Source: Candidatus Saccharimonadota bacterium
Lineage (GTDB): Bacteria > Patescibacteriota > Saccharimonadia > Saccharimonadales > Saccharimonadaceae
NCBI GenBank assembly: GCA_025349965.1
Contig: CP075337.1
Location: forward strand, 748,699 to 780,698
DNA: 32,000 nt
Direction: 5' to 3'
Below the pieces are notes generated by a model. That model worked only from the letters and a program-made list of their open reading frames with translations. It was not told the DNA's origin and ran no database searches. A program made the translations under genes and the position numbers. This document shows positions 31,663 to 32,000 of the stretch, piece after piece (position 1 is the first letter of the stretch; the number at the start of each line of letters is the position of its first letter).

Positions 31663-32000
31663 ATGATCAATTCAACTGTACTTATGTCCGATGCGCTTCA
31701 TTTTAGCGCCGAACAAGCTATTAACCCCTATTACTTCGATAGCCACACTGACACTTCTATCGCACAAAAAGAACATGACTCAATCCGCGCCGCACTCATG
31801 GCTGCTGGTGTTGAAGTTATTACAACACCATCTCCAACAGATAGCCAGGATGGCGTATATACCGCCAACTGGGCACTGGTTCGTGGCGACAAAGCGGTTC
31901 TCGCTCGTCTTCCAAATGTCCGCAAAAGCGAAGAGCTCTACGCAAAATCTGTATTAGAATCTCTTGGCAAAGAGGTGATTTTTGCACCCGAAGGACTCCG
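31663..32000 (+). CDS. Amidinotransferase/DDAH-like (guanidino-group-modifying enzyme superfamily) protein; 3' end off the window
   Basis: Absent from the ORF track. The frame from ATG 31663 stays open to the window end. MINSTVLMSDALHFSAEQAINPYYFDSHTDTSIAQKEHDSIRAALMAAGVEVITTPSPTDSQDGVYTANWALVRGDKAVLARLPNVRKSEE resembles the N-terminal pattern of this superfamily (A..EH..L...L...GVEV...P...D.V ... R..E). Confidence 0.5.
   Translation, partial: MINSTVLMSDALHFSAEQAINPYYFDSHTDTSIAQKEHDSIRAALMAAGVEVITTPSPTDSQDGVYTANWALVRGDKAVLARLPNVRKSEELYAKSVLESLGKEVIFAPEGL

Noticed and set aside
31691-31957. Track ORFs 31691..31957 (+) and 31731..31925 (-)
   Set aside because: A different plus-strand frame, from ATG 31663, stays open to the window edge and shows an amidinotransferase/DDAH-like pattern. 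The listed ORFs have no motifs.
1-32000. CRISPR arrays, IS elements, integrases, prophage or toxin-antitoxin modules
   Set aside because: I saw no spaced direct repeats, terminal inverted repeats, transposase or recombinase motifs, or paired small ORFs typical of TA systems. The tRNA-Ser gene has no adjacent integrase or att-like duplication.

Overview
Dense, mostly housekeeping window of about 31 protein genes and one tRNA, with no CRISPR array, transposase or integrase. Long minus-strand operons carry replication and repair (polA, HAD hydrolase, mutM, holA; dnaG-rpoD), a DEAH helicase, mscL-orn-yjbR, argS, pyrG and a class I ribonucleotide reductase locus. Plus-strand genes include rpsT, a P-loop kinase, malic enzyme, a MacB/FtsX-type ABC pair and a FemAB-family transferase. 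Two genes were missed by the ORF track because they run off the window: a pilin-FISUMP fusion at 1..1066 (-) and an amidinotransferase-like gene at 31663..32000 (+). A 56-codon ORF at 20876..21046 (-) fell below the track's size cut-off. The gene style (several type IV pilin-like proteins, tiny intergenic gaps, membrane-anchored orphans, FemAB) suggests a reduced-genome, Gram-positive-like bacterium, possibly Patescibacteria/Saccharibacteria-like; this is inference only. The best candidate for something undescribed is the nrd locus. It has a class Ic-type R2 (Phe at the radical Tyr position), an R1 whose C-terminal tail has no redox cysteines, and two uncharacterised co-operonic genes (an acidic 78-aa ORF and a PNPOx-like flavoprotein). 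It also has a separately promoted micro-ORF, with NrdR-like boxes, that ends in CxxC like an RNR alpha tail. Other observations: a DnaG with all four zinc ligands replaced; a roughly 420-bp GC-rich islet carrying a 98-aa ORF with foreign codon usage; a -10 box 6-9 nt upstream of the ATG for most operon-first genes (leaderless mRNAs); near absence of TGA stop codons; and two pilin-fold proteins with unusual C-terminal domains.
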